From: Aquificaceae bacterium
GTDB lineage: Bacteria > Aquificota > Aquificia > Aquificales > Aquificaceae
Assembly: GCA_037924335.1 (NCBI GenBank)
Contig: JAXSMZ010000006.1
Coordinates: 1 to 61,361 of the forward strand
Direction: 5' to 3'
DNA: 61,361 nt
Shown: piece by piece, positions 19,769-30,891 of the stretch
Position numbering within the stretch: position 1 is the stretch's first letter
Layout: every line of letters begins with the position of its first letter
Position numbers and translations under genes: made by a program
The notes under the pieces: generated by a model
What the model was told of the DNA's origin: nothing
What the model saw: the letters and a program-made list of their open reading frames with translations, nothing else
Databases searched by the model: none

Positions 19769-20167
19769 TTACCGCCCTTGAGGCGGTTTTTTCCTTATAT
19801 AAACCTTTACAGATTGAGGTTCAACCTCTGTTGGGTATGCTAAGAATTTAAAGGGTGTTTCTACGTTGACCTTAAGAGCATAATCCCCCTCACTGAGCCC
19901 TCTCACGTCAACCGTAGCCCACACATCTTCTAAGAACTCGTTTATACTGAGTCTTTCAATAACTAAGAGCCTTATCCTTACCTTTTTCCTGTCTAACTTG
20001 TAAGTGTAATTGGGGTCCTCGTTTATTATCTTTATGTTTCTTTCTACTATAAGGGGGACTCTTACGCCTATGTTGACTACAAACCATAGGGAAAATCCTA
20101 TGAGAAGGGCTACTACCTTGTACTGCCAATCGTGAAGAAAGACTTTTCTAAAGGTTTCCAATTCCAA
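19769..20167 (-). CDS. cdaR: CdaR/YbbR-like protein (short)
   Basis: WQYKVVALLIGFSLWF followed by a single YbbR-like domain; directly downstream of cdaA. Confidence 0.7.
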   Translation of the reverse strand: MELETFRKVFLHDWQYKVVALLIGFSLWFVVNIGVRVPLIVERNIKIINEDPNYTYKLDRKKVRIRLLVIERLSINEFLEDVWATVDVRGLSEGDYALKVNVETPFKFLAYPTEVEPQSVKVYIRKKPPQGR

Positions 20168-20909
20168 ACTCCTTCAAAAGAAGATTCTTTAGCATCTCTG
20201 GGTCTAAGTTCCTATGAAGTTTACCATCAACTGCCAAAGATATCTCGCCAGTTTCTTCAGAAACAACTATTGCTACAGCATCGCTCTCTTCTGCTATTCC
20301 AAGGGCAGCCCTGTGCCTTGTGCCATACTTTTTTGGAAGTTCAGATTTGGAAAGAGGGAGTATACAGGAGGCAAAGGCTATCCTATCGTTTCTTATTATA
20401 AGAGCTCCATCGTGAAGGGGAGTAAGTGGGTCAAAGATGGTTATTATAAGCTCAACAGATACATGGCTGTCTATGGCTACGCATCCTTCCACAAGGCCTT
20501 CTATGTTCTGCCCCCTCTCCATGACTATGAGAGCTCCTATCTGCCTTTCTGAAAGGAAGCTGCACGCTCTTACTATTCTCTCTATGACCCTTTCCTCAAC
20601 TAGCCTTACGCTTGCTACATGTGTTCTTTGCCCTATCCTTGAAAGGGCTTTCCTTATCTCTGGTTGGAATATGACCACAAGGGAGAAAAGACCCACAGCC
20701 CAAAGCTTGTCAAAGACCCAAGAGAGGGTTTTCAGACCAAACACTTCGGCAACTATCCAGAAAGAGCTCAGTATAAGTATCCCTTTTAATATCTGAAATC
20801 CTTTTGTTATCTTAAGAAAGTAAAGGACAAAATAAACAAACACAGAGACGGTCAATATATCTAAAACATCTTTAAGAGTGAATATCCTAAAAAGGTCAAA
20901 ATTCGTCAT
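20148..20909 (-). CDS. cdaA: Diadenylate cyclase CdaA
   Basis: 3 TM helices, IFQPEIR, PLHDGA, GTRHRAA, VVSEETG. Confidence 0.95.
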   Translation of the reverse strand: MTNFDLFRIFTLKDVLDILTVSVFVYFVLYFLKITKGFQILKGILILSSFWIVAEVFGLKTLSWVFDKLWAVGLFSLVVIFQPEIRKALSRIGQRTHVASVRLVEERVIERIVRACSFLSERQIGALIVMERGQNIEGLVEGCVAIDSHVSVELIITIFDPLTPLHDGALIIRNDRIAFASCILPLSKSELPKKYGTRHRAALGIAEESDAVAIVVSEETGEISLAVDGKLHRNLDPEMLKNLLLKEFGIGNL

Positions 20910-22080
20910 AGGTTCTTACCGTATCCAATAAAGCTAAAAATTCTTTTGTTTCTTTAACATCGTGCACCCTTACTATGTTGGCACCCTCTATTACAGGGTA
21001 AGATAGGGCACCTAAGCTTCCATAAAGTCTTTCCACTGGCTCAAGCTCCTTCCCTAACAATCCTTTTATTACAAGCCCTACAAAGGACTTCCTTGAGACC
21101 CCAATCATCAAAGGAAGTCCAAGTACCCTAAACTCCCTGAACCTTTTAAGTATCTCTATGTTATGCTCTGGTAACTTTCCAAACCCAATGCACGGGTCTA
21201 ATATTATATCACCCTTGAAACCTTCCTGACTTAGCTTTTCTTTTCTCCCTTTGAACCAAAGGATGACTTCCTCAACCACATCCTCATAAATGATGGGCGT
21301 ACTCTTCCATGTCTCTGGTCTTCCCTTTGTATGCCCTAAAACATAGGGACAGTTATACCCAGAAATCGTACGAAACATACTCTCATCAAAACTGCCCCCG
21401 CTTATGTCGTTTATCATGTCAGCACCCTCTTCCAAGCAAACCTTTGCAGTTTTTGCTTTGTACGTATCTATGGATATCCAAGTTTTAGGAAGCTCCTTTC
21501 TGAGATCTCTAAGGACTGGGAGTATCCTCTTTATCTCTTCTTCGTGGCTTATTCTCTCTGACCCTGGTCTTGTGGATTCTCCACCTATGTCTATGATTTC
21601 TGCTCCTTCTTCTGCCATTTTTACACCCCTCTTTACAGCCCTTGAAGATTCAAGGTACATTCCACCATCGGAGAAGGAATCTGGTGTTACGTTAAGCACA
21701 CCCATAACTGCTGTCTTTATCCCCAAAGGGAGTATCTTATAGTTGTACTGGAGCTTAAAAGATTTTCTCCTGTAGTTCATCAGCGTTTTTATCATCTCCA
21801 TGGCTAGTTCCTTGTGTTCTTTTGCAATGCAAGAGCAGAAGTCCCTTATCCTTGCCTCGCTTCCACACAGAGCATACTTACCGCTGTTGGAAAAGAAAGA
21901 TAGACACGAAGCTTCTGCACATCTTTTTATAGATTCCTCTTTTATTTCCTCCCTTTCGAAGTATATCACATGGCTCACTCCCTCAAAGGAAAGCTTCTCT
22001 GCATCTTTGAAAAAAACACCCATTCTATCCTTCAAGAACCTGTAAAAGGAATCCTTGTCCCTGAAACTCTTTACAAGCAT
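20896..22080 (-). CDS. folP: Dihydropteroate synthase with N-terminal extension
   Basis: [37 protein letters not shown]. Confidence 0.95.
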   Translation of the reverse strand: MLVKSFRDKDSFYRFLKDRMGVFFKDAEKLSFEGVSHVIYFEREEIKEESIKRCAEASCLSFFSNSGKYALCGSEARIRDFCSCIAKEHKELAMEMIKTLMNYRRKSFKLQYNYKILPLGIKTAVMGVLNVTPDSFSDGGMYLESSRAVKRGVKMAEEGAEIIDIGGESTRPGSERISHEEEIKRILPVLRDLRKELPKTWISIDTYKAKTAKVCLEEGADMINDISGGSFDESMFRTISGYNCPYVLGHTKGRPETWKSTPIIYEDVVEEVILWFKGRKEKLSQEGFKGDIILDPCIGFGKLPEHNIEILKRFREFRVLGLPLMIGVSRKSFVGLVIKGLLGKELEPVERLYGSLGALSYPVIEGANIVRVHDVKETKEFLALLDTVRTYDEF

Positions 22081-22107
22081 GATAAAAGTTTAAAGCATCT
22101 TCAAAAA

Positions 22108-22128
22108 CTTGACAATAGTAGACTAAAG
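22108..22128 (+). promoter_or_regulatory. HAIR-like HspR operator overlapping TTGACA upstream of dnaJ-hspR
   Basis: CTTGACA-N7-ACTAAAG compared with consensus CTTGAGT-N7-ACTCAAG. Confidence 0.6.
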
Positions 22129-22161
22129 TTTAAATATAAATATAATGTAAAGGAGGATAAG

Positions 22162-23304
22162 ATGGCACAGTCCACAAAGAAGGATTACTATGAGGTTTTA
22201 GGTGTTCAAAGGAACGCAACGCAAGAAGAGATAAAGAAGGCATACAGAAAGCTTGCCAGAAAATACCATCCAGATTTTAACAAGGATCCATCAGCACAGG
22301 AAAGGTTTAAAGAGATAAATGAAGCGTATCAAGTCCTTTCAGACCCAGAGAAAAGGAAGCTTTACGACCAGTATGGACATGCAGCCTTTACAGCTCAGGC
22401 TGGAGAGGGTTTCACCCAAGATGTGTTCACCACAAACATAGGTGATATATTTGAGGAAGTATTCAGAGGATTTGGTTTTGAGGATATATTCCAAAGGGCA
22501 ACAAGGGAAAGGAGAAGGGTTTACAGAAAACCAACAAAGGGTGAGGATGTTTATTACACCGTTGATGTAAGTCTTGAGGAAGCGTACAGGGGAACAACCA
22601 CAAAGGTCTCTTACAATAGGGAGGTTCTCTGCGACCTCTGCCACGGTAGCGGTTTTGACTCATCCAAAAAGGAAAGGATTTGTCCTACATGCGGTGGAAA
22701 GGGAGAAATCTACCAGAGGCAGTTTTTTATAACCATATCCCAGACTTGTCCCACATGCGGTGGTGAAGGTTTGATAAGGGAGCCTTGTCCCAAGTGTTAT
22801 GGAAGGGGGAGCACATCAACCAAGGAAGAGCTTACCATACGCATACCAGCTGGTGTGGACAACGGTTCAAAGATACTTTTTGAAGGTAAAGGACATGCTG
22901 GTAAGAACGGTGGACCTTATGGGGACCTCTATGTTGTCGTTAGAATAAAACCCCACAGAGTCTTTGAAAGGAAAGGGGACAACCTCTATACGGACGTTAA
23001 TATAAAGCTCACGGAAGCTGTCCTTGGTGCAGAGGTTGAAGTACCAACTCTGTCTGGAGATAAGGTTAGTGTAAAAGTTCCCCCCGGTACAAAGTACGGT
23101 GATGTGATAAGGGTTGAGGGCAAAGGCATGCCAAAGTTAAGGGGAAATGGTATGGGGGACCTTTTCGTAAGGGTTCATATAGATGTTCCAAAGGTTGGTT
23201 TTATGGATAAGGTCTTTGGTGATGGGAAGAAGGTAGTAAGTTTACTTGAAGAGCTTGACAAGCTTCTACCAGAGCCAAAAAGGATAAAGGAAAGGGAAGC
23301 ATGA
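22162..23304 (+). CDS. dnaJ: Chaperone DnaJ
   Basis: HPD J-domain and four CxxCxGxG repeats; AGGAGG SD. Confidence 0.96.
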   Translation: MAQSTKKDYYEVLGVQRNATQEEIKKAYRKLARKYHPDFNKDPSAQERFKEINEAYQVLSDPEKRKLYDQYGHAAFTAQAGEGFTQDVFTTNIGDIFEEVFRGFGFEDIFQRATRERRRVYRKPTKGEDVYYTVDVSLEEAYRGTTTKVSYNREVLCDLCHGSGFDSSKKERICPTCGGKGEIYQRQFFITISQTCPTCGGEGLIREPCPKCYGRGSTSTKEELTIRIPAGVDNGSKILFEGKGHAGKNGGPYGDLYVVVRIKPHRVFERKGDNLYTDVNIKLTEAVLGAEVEVPTLSGDKVSVKVPPGTKYGDVIRVEGKGMPKLRGNGMGDLFVRVHIDVPKVGFMDKVFGDGKKVVSLLEELDKLLPEPKRIKEREA

Positions 23305-23705
23305 AGGAGAGGAAAAGGTACTACACAATAGGCGTTGTTGCCAAGATGTACAACATACATCCTCAGACGCTCAGGCTCTATGAAAAGGAGGGGCTTTTGA
23401 AACCCTCAAGAACGGAAGGTAAAACAAGACATTATGCCGATGAGGACCTTCAGACACTTGAGTTTATACTAACCCTTACAAGGGACCTAGGTGTTAACTT
23501 GGCTGGTGTGGACGTTATTTTAAGAATGAAAAGACAGATGGAGGAGATGGAAAAGCAGATAGAGAAGCTTATAGATTTTATACAGAAGGAGATGTCTAAG
23601 GTTTACCAGGAGGATGAAAAGGTAAGCTCTATCGTGCTCTCCGAGAGAAAGAAGGTAGCAAGAATACAGGATATAATAGGTATAAATGAAGATAAGGGAG
23701 ACTGA
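23301..23705 (+). CDS. hspR: Heat-shock repressor HspR (MerR family)
   Basis: [26 protein letters not shown]; coupled to dnaJ. Confidence 0.9.
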   Translation: MKERKRYYTIGVVAKMYNIHPQTLRLYEKEGLLKPSRTEGKTRHYADEDLQTLEFILTLTRDLGVNLAGVDVILRMKRQMEEMEKQIEKLIDFIQKEMSKVYQEDEKVSSIVLSERKKVARIQDIIGINEDKGD

Positions 23706-24171
23706 CCTTCCCGGTATAGGAAAGAAGTATGCTGTTACTTTGGAGGAGGGAAGGGACTTGATGATAATCATACATAACACTGGAAAGAGAGAGGTTTATC
23801 TTATGGAAGATGAAGAACCCCAATGCTTTTTTGAACTAACGGATGAAGAAGCAAAGGAGCTTGGTTTTTTGGTGGCCGGTGCTCTCTATCAGCCTATAAA
23901 GGCAGAAAAGATGGAGCTCATACTAAAAGAGATGGTTATGGAGTGGGTCAAAGTGGAAAAGGATTCCAACTTTGTAAACAAAACAATAGCTGAGCTTCAG
24001 ATAAGAAAGATAACTGGAGCTTCTGTCATAGCTATGATGAGGGGGGACAAAATAATACCGAGCCCAGACCCTTATAAGGAAAACATACTACCAAACGATA
24101 CTTTAGTTGTTATTGGGACAAGAAAGCAGATAAACCACCTTTTAGAACTGTGCGGAAGGTGTAGCACATAA
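23686..24171 (+). CDS. khtT: K+/H+ antiporter regulatory subunit (RCK_C), KhtT-like
   Basis: [21 protein letters not shown]-terminal TrkA_C domain. Confidence 0.85.
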   Translation: MKIRETDLPGIGKKYAVTLEEGRDLMIIIHNTGKREVYLMEDEEPQCFFELTDEEAKELGFLVAGALYQPIKAEKMELILKEMVMEWVKVEKDSNFVNKTIAELQIRKITGASVIAMMRGDKIIPSPDPYKENILPNDTLVVIGTRKQINHLLELCGRCST

Positions 24172-24172
24172 G

Positions 24173-25336
24173 ATGGAAAGCAACCATCTTATTGGTTTGG
24201 GACTTTTCCTCTTTTCCATGTTCGCCATCTCTTACGTACTTAAAAGCTTAAAAGTTCCCTTTATAGTCTCCTTCATGCTGTTTGGCCTTGTCGGAAGGGG
24301 CTTTTTGGATAAGGAGGCTCTGGAGTATTTCTCTCCTTTTGAGAGCGTGGCCATCATTTTACTTTTTTTCTTCTTGGGACTTGAGTATTCTTTTGAAAGA
24401 CTATCTGGTATGACCCAAGTTTGGAAACCAGGCATTGTTGATTTTCTTTTGAACTTTTTCCCCATTCTTGCCGTTGCTTATATACTCACAAAGGACCCAA
24501 TCCTCTCAGTCTTTTTATCTGCTGCCCTTTATCCTAGCAGTACTGCCATAGTTGCCAAACTGCTTGTGGATTATAGAAGGCTCATAAACCCAGAAGCAGA
24601 CCTACTTCTTGGACTTTTGATCTTTGAAGACCTTGTATGCATAATCCTTCTGTCTGTCCTCGTACCCATATCCCTTGGTTCTGACTTAAACCCTCTTGCG
24701 TTGCTCAGAAGCTTCCTTTACCTGATAGGTTTTTTCACTCTTTTCTACCTCTTTGATAGGTTTGGTAAGCCTAAGGTCCTCCCAGCCGTTGAGAGGCTGT
24801 CTAAGGAAACTGTGTTCATCTTTTTTATTCTTGGGCTTCTTTTTCTCTCCGTTGGTTTTTCCAAGAAGGTGGGTATTTCAGAGGTCCTTGTTGCCTTCCT
24901 GTTGGGTGTTCTTGTGCCTGAAAACACAAACTTCTATAGGGCTATAGAGAGGGAGCTCGGCGGACTAAAAGAACTGTCCTTAGGTATATTCTTTTTCTTC
25001 TTTACTTACAAAACCAATGTAGATATAAAGGTTAACTTGCTAAACCTCGTCCCTTTGCTTATCCTTGCTCTTTTCCTAAAGGGGTCATCTACTTTTCTGA
25101 GCGGGCTTTTGTACGGTCTGAGCGGTAGAGTATCTTTTAGAGCTGCCCTTTCTTTCTTATCAAGAGGTGAGTTCTCTCTGGTCTTTGCGGCTTACTATGT
25201 CCCCATGCAGTCTTATGTGTTCTTTGTTGTTCTCTTTACTTCAATCCTCGGGAGCTTCAGCTTTGTTCTGTCTCCTTGGCTTGTCCAAAAACTCTTTCCG
25301 AGGAAAGTCTCAAAAGCTCCTCCTCAAGCTCCTTAA
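24173..25336 (+). CDS. khtU: CPA2 cation/proton antiporter, KhtU-like
   Basis: LFFFLGLE, SSTAIVAKLL, LIFEDL, RGEFS. Confidence 0.85.
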   Translation: MESNHLIGLGLFLFSMFAISYVLKSLKVPFIVSFMLFGLVGRGFLDKEALEYFSPFESVAIILLFFFLGLEYSFERLSGMTQVWKPGIVDFLLNFFPILAVAYILTKDPILSVFLSAALYPSSTAIVAKLLVDYRRLINPEADLLLGLLIFEDLVCIILLSVLVPISLGSDLNPLALLRSFLYLIGFFTLFYLFDRFGKPKVLPAVERLSKETVFIFFILGLLFLSVGFSKKVGISEVLVAFLLGVLVPENTNFYRAIERELGGLKELSLGIFFFFFTYKTNVDIKVNLLNLVPLLILALFLKGSSTFLSGLLYGLSGRVSFRAALSFLSRGEFSLVFAAYYVPMQSYVFFVVLFTSILGSFSFVLSPWLVQKLFPRKVSKAPPQAP

Positions 25337-25916
25337 CCTTTAGTTCAATACTGTCCTTTTCCTTCACGTATATTGTTCTCCCCACGTGTACTCTCCCCCT
25401 TGTAAAAGGCATAGGTACCACAAATCTATCCCATGAACTGAGTACTATGAACCTGTCAAACTCTGCAAAAGCTGGTACTATTGGTGAAGATGTTTTTTTT
25501 GCGAGGAAGACTATCCCATCTTTGACTTTGAAAGCTGGACCCTTTGGTCCATCTACGGTTATAGCAACGTTGCCATTCTCCCTTATTATATCTATAAGTC
25601 TTCTTATGGCTGTACGTCCACCCTTTTCGGCTCTTCCTTCCTCCGTTGAACCCCTCACAACCTTATAACCTAATCTTCTTAGTATATGGTCTGCCAGATC
25701 CCCATCCCTAAACCTGCTCACAAGCGTGTATATGCCTTTGTCCATACCAAAGAAGGCTATACCGAGAGAGTTTCCATGCCATATGGCGTATATCTTTCCT
25801 ATGTCCAGTTCAAAGGGATAGCTCTTCTCCCACCTTATGGTCTTTCCCCAGAGTCGCACCAGAGAGGCAAAGATGGGAAGAAGGGTTTTTATCAAAAGGT
25901 ACTTTAATTTTCTCAT
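25257..25916 (-). CDS. DUF374 / acyltransferase-like protein
   Basis: WHG, S..RDG, VRGS, ITVDGPKGP, SWDRF. Confidence 0.85.
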   Translation of the reverse strand: MRKLKYLLIKTLLPIFASLVRLWGKTIRWEKSYPFELDIGKIYAIWHGNSLGIAFFGMDKGIYTLVSRFRDGDLADHILRRLGYKVVRGSTEEGRAEKGGRTAIRRLIDIIRENGNVAITVDGPKGPAFKVKDGIVFLAKKTSSPIVPAFAEFDRFIVLSSWDRFVVPMPFTRGRVHVGRTIYVKEKDSIELKVKELEEELLRLSSERVFGQAKETEQS

Positions 25917-27229
25917 CTCTGGGCTAAAACTTTATCTACCCTGCTTGCTACCCATCCTCCGTCTAACCACTCTATGGGGTTTACCTCGACACCGTGGACA
26001 AGTATGCCAAAGTGAAGGTGGTCTCCAAGGGCAAGACCTGTCCTGCCTGTGTACCCTATTACTTCTCCCTTTCTTACAAACTGCCTATCTTTAACGTTTA
26101 TCTGGGACATATGCCCATAGAGGCTCATGAGTCCAAAACCATGGTCTATGACTACGATGTTTCCGTAAATTCCTAAGCTTCCTGTAAAAACAACCATTCC
26201 GTCGTTGCTCACTTGAACGGGTGAGTTCTCTGTGGATGCAAAGTCGTATCCCATATGCCTGCTGTTGCTCACCTCTTGACCGTTATACAGGTAGTATCTT
26301 ATATCTCCAAAGGTGGATATTACTTTGCTGTTTTTTAGCTGAACAAATGCACCGTTCCATAGCTTTTTAGCAACGCTTTTAGAACCTATGCTTTTAAGTT
26401 TTTCTACATCCTTCTTCCTCCACGTTTCGTTTACTCTTTTGAAAGCCTCTATAGGTGTTAAACTTTTACCTTCCTCACCTAACAATGGATATATGACGTT
26501 GCTTATAAACTCATCGTTCAACCTTATCCTATCAACCCTGAACCTTACTTCCCTTATCCTGCAGTTTATGTGCGTGCTGTAGGAATTCCCAGCTTCATCA
26601 AAAGCCACCACCTTTATGGTATTGTATGGTCCTTGGTCCACCCTTATGGGGAAAAGGGTAAACCACTCACCGTTCCCCAAAGGATACATGGGATACTTAT
26701 CATCACCCACGTATACGTAAGCTCTTGAGCCTTCTTTTATCTTTACCTTTACCGCACCAGTCCCTCCTTGAATTACTACTGGAGTATAGCCCAACGTATG
26801 AACCTCAGGTGGAACAGTATCTATCAAAGTATCTACTCTATAAGTTCTCTTTCCTATCAATCCATACCTTACATCCACTAAAACTTCTGCCTTTCCATCC
26901 TTTAGACCCATACTCTTTGTATCTACCAGCAGAGAGATGGTATCGCTTTTGGGTTTTGAACTGTAGATGGTCAGCTCTTTTCCATCCTGAAGTACCTTTA
27001 TGCTCACATTCTTTACACTTTCTGAGTTATGGAGCATCAAGTTTATGCTCTTCTGTGCTGGAAAGTACGAAAGTTCTTTTAAGTTTTCCACCTCTGGCCT
27101 TTCAACCAAGGAAGATACAGTAAAATAAAGCACGAACCCAACGAAAGCAACAGCTATAAAAAGCTTTATGAGTTTCCCCCTTTTTCTATCCTTTCCTCCT
27201 CTCTTTAGCTTGTACTTTGTGTATTTCAT
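25913..27229 (-). CDS. M23 family peptidase
   Basis: HMGYD, YGN, IDHG, YGH, HLHF. Confidence 0.92.
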   Translation of the reverse strand: MKYTKYKLKRGGKDRKRGKLIKLFIAVAFVGFVLYFTVSSLVERPEVENLKELSYFPAQKSINLMLHNSESVKNVSIKVLQDGKELTIYSSKPKSDTISLLVDTKSMGLKDGKAEVLVDVRYGLIGKRTYRVDTLIDTVPPEVHTLGYTPVVIQGGTGAVKVKIKEGSRAYVYVGDDKYPMYPLGNGEWFTLFPIRVDQGPYNTIKVVAFDEAGNSYSTHINCRIREVRFRVDRIRLNDEFISNVIYPLLGEEGKSLTPIEAFKRVNETWRKKDVEKLKSIGSKSVAKKLWNGAFVQLKNSKVISTFGDIRYYLYNGQEVSNSRHMGYDFASTENSPVQVSNDGMVVFTGSLGIYGNIVVIDHGFGLMSLYGHMSQINVKDRQFVRKGEVIGYTGRTGLALGDHLHFGILVHGVEVNPIEWLDGGWVASRVDKVLAQR

Positions 27230-27951
27230 GCTTTGACCACCATACCGTACCAGTCTTTCAACTTTTTTATTTTAACAACTTTGAATTCTGGAATAAGATT
27301 TAGAAGATCATTGAGATCCCTCTTTTTGTAAAGACCGGAGAAGATGGCATACTCTCTAAAGAGGGGTTTTATATGGGTGATAACTTCCTTAAATATATCT
27401 ATCTCTAGATTTGCCACAAGAAAATCGAAAGTTTCTTTTATTTCCTCCGGTTTAGCTAAAACACAGTCTATATCAACTGAGTTCAGCTGGGCGTTCTTTT
27501 TACACTCTTGGATGGCTACCTCATCTTTATCTATTGCAAGGACTCTTTTTGCTGAAAGCTTTTTTAGAGCTATGGAAAGTATACCACTACCACAACCCAC
27601 ATCTATAGCATTCCATCCTTCTCTGAAAAACTCCTCTATGAGAAGCAAGCTCACTTGAGTCGATGGGTGAAGCCCAGTACCAAAGGCCATGGCTGGATTT
27701 ACAATCAGTGTTTTTATCCATGGTGGAGTGATAAGAAAGCTTCCAACCTGAAAAGGTTTAAAGTTCATCTGCATAGGTTTTACGTTGACTTCTTCCACCT
27801 TCAGCGGCTTTAGACTCTTTATATCTTCGTACGTTGCAAAGATTATGCTGTTATCAGAGTCGCTTAAGACCTCAACTCCTCTGTCAAAGGTGAAAAGAAG
27901 ATCATAAAAATTATCTTTTTTTAAGCTGTAGATATATTTTTTATAGATCAT
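27226..27951 (-). CDS. prmA: Ribosomal protein L11 methyltransferase
   Basis: PAMAFGTGLHPST, DVGCGSGILSI. Confidence 0.9.
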   Translation of the reverse strand: MIYKKYIYSLKKDNFYDLLFTFDRGVEVLSDSDNSIIFATYEDIKSLKPLKVEEVNVKPMQMNFKPFQVGSFLITPPWIKTLIVNPAMAFGTGLHPSTQVSLLLIEEFFREGWNAIDVGCGSGILSIALKKLSAKRVLAIDKDEVAIQECKKNAQLNSVDIDCVLAKPEEIKETFDFLVANLEIDIFKEVITHIKPLFREYAIFSGLYKKRDLNDLLNLIPEFKVVKIKKLKDWYGMVVKA

Positions 27952-27959
27952 GCTTGTTT

Positions 27960-28517
27960 TTATTTTATCTTTTTGATTATAGTTTTGAACTCTTCAGTAC
28001 CTGCAGTTTTTAGATTTTGAAAGAGAACCGTCTCTGTACACGTTATCACGGCACCGGCATCCCTCATGAATTCTAATCCAACCTTCCAGTTGTCCTCTGA
28101 CCTTGAGCATACAGCATCAGATATTACATGCACATGATAACCTTTTTCCATGAGTCCAATGGCTGTTTGAAGAACACAGATGTGTGTTTCCATGCCTGTA
28201 AGGATGACCTTTCTTTTACCATAGCCCTTTACAACGTTTATAAAGTTTTCGTCATCGCAACAGTTAAAGCTCATCTTCTCTATGGGTTTATACTCGGGAA
28301 GAGAAGAAATTATCTCTTCAACAGTGATCCCAAGCCCCTTTGGATACTGCTCTGTTAAAACTATGGGAATACTTAAAAGCTTTGACATTTCTATAAGGTG
28401 TGAAATATTACTGATCACGCTTTGTCTTCTTTTCATAACTTTTGCAAGCTTATCCTGGACATCTATGATTACAAGGAGGGAATCATCTTTACTGAGAAAA
28501 AATTTGTCCAAGTTCAT
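27960..28517 (-). CDS. Isochorismatase-family hydrolase
   Basis: [26 protein letters not shown]. Confidence 0.9.
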   Translation of the reverse strand: MNLDKFFLSKDDSLLVIIDVQDKLAKVMKRRQSVISNISHLIEMSKLLSIPIVLTEQYPKGLGITVEEIISSLPEYKPIEKMSFNCCDDENFINVVKGYGKRKVILTGMETHICVLQTAIGLMEKGYHVHVISDAVCSRSEDNWKVGLEFMRDAGAVITCTETVLFQNLKTAGTEEFKTIIKKIK

Positions 28518-29773
28518 GTTCCCATCTCCCAAGAAGAGAGGTAGGTTATCTGCTGCTGTGTCAGTCTATCTATCTCTATCCCCATGCTTTTTAGCTTAAG
28601 CCATGCTATCTCCTCATCTATTTCCTTTGGTACGCTGTAGACTCTTCTGTCTAACCTCTTATGGTTTTTGATCAGATATTTTGCAGAAAGAGCTTGGTTT
28701 GCAAAGGACATATCCATTACAGAAGCTGGATGGCCCTCTGCGCTTGCGAGATTTACAAGCCTCCCCTGAGCTAAGAGGTATATGACCCTCCCATCTCTAA
28801 GCTCGTACTCTTCTACAAACCTTCTTATCTCCCTCTTTTTTACGCTCATCCTTTCCAGAGCTTCTATGTCTATCTCCACGTTGAAGTGTCCAGCATTGGA
28901 GATTACAGCACCATCCTTCATAACCTCAAAGTGATCCTCCCTAATGACAGATGTGTTTCCTGTCACAGTAACAAAGAAATCTCCTATCTTTGAAGCTTCT
29001 ATCATGGGAAGGACCAAAAAACCATCCATCCTTGCCTCAAGTGCTTTTATTGGGTTTACCTCTGTGACTATGACTGTTGCACCCATCCCCTTTGCCCTCT
29101 GAGCTATACCCTTACCACACCAGCCGTAGCCTGAAACCACAAAGTTAGAACCAGCTATTAGCTTGTTGGTAGCCCTCATTATGGCATCAATGGTGGATTG
29201 ACCGGTTCCGTATCTGTTATCGAACATATGCTTTGTGTAAGCATCGTTGACTGCTATTATGGGGAACTTTAGAACACCTTGTTCACTCATAGCCCTTAAC
29301 CTTATAACACCCGTCGTTGTCTCCTCCATACCACCTATCACCTTTGGGACAAGGCTTGGATATTCCTTATGCAACGTTGAAATAAGGTCAGCCCCATCAT
29401 CTATGACTATGTTGGGTTCTTTTTTTATAACAGAGCGGAGGTGTTCATAGTAGGTAGAGGTATCCTCCCCCTTTATGGCAAACACTCTGATATCATAGTA
29501 GCGTACCAAAGCAGCGGCTACATCATCCTGTGTAGAAAGAGGGTTGGAAGCAGTAAGGTAAACCTCTGCACCGCCTTCTTTTAGAGTTATAACCAAGTTT
29601 GCAGTTTCTGTAGTCACATGAAGGCATGAACTTATCTTAATCCCTTTCAGTGGTTTTTCTTTGGAAAATCTTTCCCTTATGGTTCTCAAAACGGGCATAT
29701 CCCTTTCAGCCCATTCGATTCTCCTCTTTCCTTCCTCAGCAAGCGAAAGGTCCTTGACATGAAAATCTTGCAT
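28514..29773 (-). CDS. ahcY: Adenosylhomocysteinase
   Basis: [40 protein letters not shown]. Confidence 0.97.
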   Translation of the reverse strand: MQDFHVKDLSLAEEGKRRIEWAERDMPVLRTIRERFSKEKPLKGIKISSCLHVTTETANLVITLKEGGAEVYLTASNPLSTQDDVAAALVRYYDIRVFAIKGEDTSTYYEHLRSVIKKEPNIVIDDGADLISTLHKEYPSLVPKVIGGMEETTTGVIRLRAMSEQGVLKFPIIAVNDAYTKHMFDNRYGTGQSTIDAIMRATNKLIAGSNFVVSGYGWCGKGIAQRAKGMGATVIVTEVNPIKALEARMDGFLVLPMIEASKIGDFFVTVTGNTSVIREDHFEVMKDGAVISNAGHFNVEIDIEALERMSVKKREIRRFVEEYELRDGRVIYLLAQGRLVNLASAEGHPASVMDMSFANQALSAKYLIKNHKRLDRRVYSVPKEIDEEIAWLKLKSMGIEIDRLTQQQITYLSSWEMGT

Positions 29774-29774
29774 G

Positions 29775-29948
29775 TTAATCCTCCTTATCCTTTCTTTTCT
29801 TCTTTTCCAACTTCTCTATGTGTGGGTTTATCCTTCTGTATATAAAGTTGGAGATGAGAGCTATGACTATGAACATAGGAATGCCTATGATCAACATAAC
29901 GAACAGAAGCTTAAGGATAGAAAAAAGCAGTGCTATAATGTTTTCCAT
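29775..29948 (-). CDS. Small membrane protein (57 aa, below the ORF-track cut-off)
   Basis: [57 protein letters not shown]; fills the gap between leuS-beta and ahcY with 1-nt spacers. Confidence 0.75.
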   Translation of the reverse strand: MENIIALLFSILKLLFVMLIIGIPMFIVIALISNFIYRRINPHIEKLEKKKRKDKED

Positions 29949-29949
29949 A

Positions 29950-30813
29950 TCATACCACCAGATTCAACAACCTGTTCTTTACGTATATGATTTTCTTTAT
30001 CTCTTTACCGTTTACCAGTTGCCTTATCCTCTCGTTCTTTAGTGCTGTTTCCTTTGCCAAATCCTCGTCAGCATCCACCGGCAGCTTTACTGTAGCTCTA
30101 TGCTTTCCATTTATTTGAACGGGTATCTCTATTTGCTCAACCTTTAAGGCTTCCTCATCTGGCTTTGGAAAGGTATAGAAAACAATAGACTCAGTATAAC
30201 CCAGCTTGCTCCATAGCTCCTCGCATAAGTGGGGTGTGATGGGGTAAAGCATAAAGACAATAGTCTCTGTAGCTTCTCTTAAAACTTGGTAGTCCTTGCT
30301 TTCTTTAGGCTGGAACTCCTGCAGTGTGTTTAAAAGCTCCATTATGGATGCTATGCTGGTGTTAAAAGATAAGTCTTGCATAGACCTTAGGTACTTTTTC
30401 AATGTTTCGTGCGTTTTTTGCCTTACATGCTTGGCATCTTCCCGGAGGTCCCTCATCTCCTCTCTTGATACGGATACGTTTTTGATGTTATCCATGTGCT
30501 GATGGAAAAAGTTCCAAAACCTCCTTAAAAATCTGTAAGCTCCTTGAACTCCTTCATCTGTCCATTCAAAATCTTTCTCAACGGGGGCTGAAAATAGAAT
30601 ATACAACCTAACAGTATCCGCTCCGTACTTTCTTATGGCTTCCTCTGGGTCAACGGTGTTTCCCTTTGATTTAGACATCTTTGCAGGCTCGCCCAACCTT
30701 GACTCTATCCTTTTGATGTACTCTTCGCTGCCTATGTTCAACTTCTCCAGAAGAAGCCTAAAGTTATCACCTATGGAAAGGTTATTTTCCTTAAGAAAGT
30801 CTGCAACCTTCAT
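29950..30813 (-). CDS. leuS: Leucine-tRNA ligase beta subunit (split LeuRS)
   Basis: KMSKSKGN near the N-terminus, YGADTVRL, PVQING, ends LLNLVV; no HIGH half. Confidence 0.93.
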   Translation of the reverse strand: MKVADFLKENNLSIGDNFRLLLEKLNIGSEEYIKRIESRLGEPAKMSKSKGNTVDPEEAIRKYGADTVRLYILFSAPVEKDFEWTDEGVQGAYRFLRRFWNFFHQHMDNIKNVSVSREEMRDLREDAKHVRQKTHETLKKYLRSMQDLSFNTSIASIMELLNTLQEFQPKESKDYQVLREATETIVFMLYPITPHLCEELWSKLGYTESIVFYTFPKPDEEALKVEQIEIPVQINGKHRATVKLPVDADEDLAKETALKNERIRQLVNGKEIKKIIYVKNRLLNLVV

Positions 30814-30891
30814 CTAGAATTATTATACCTTAGCCTTGCCTTTTCCACGGATAGATGTTAATTTAATCTCAAATATAATAGGAGGTGGAAT

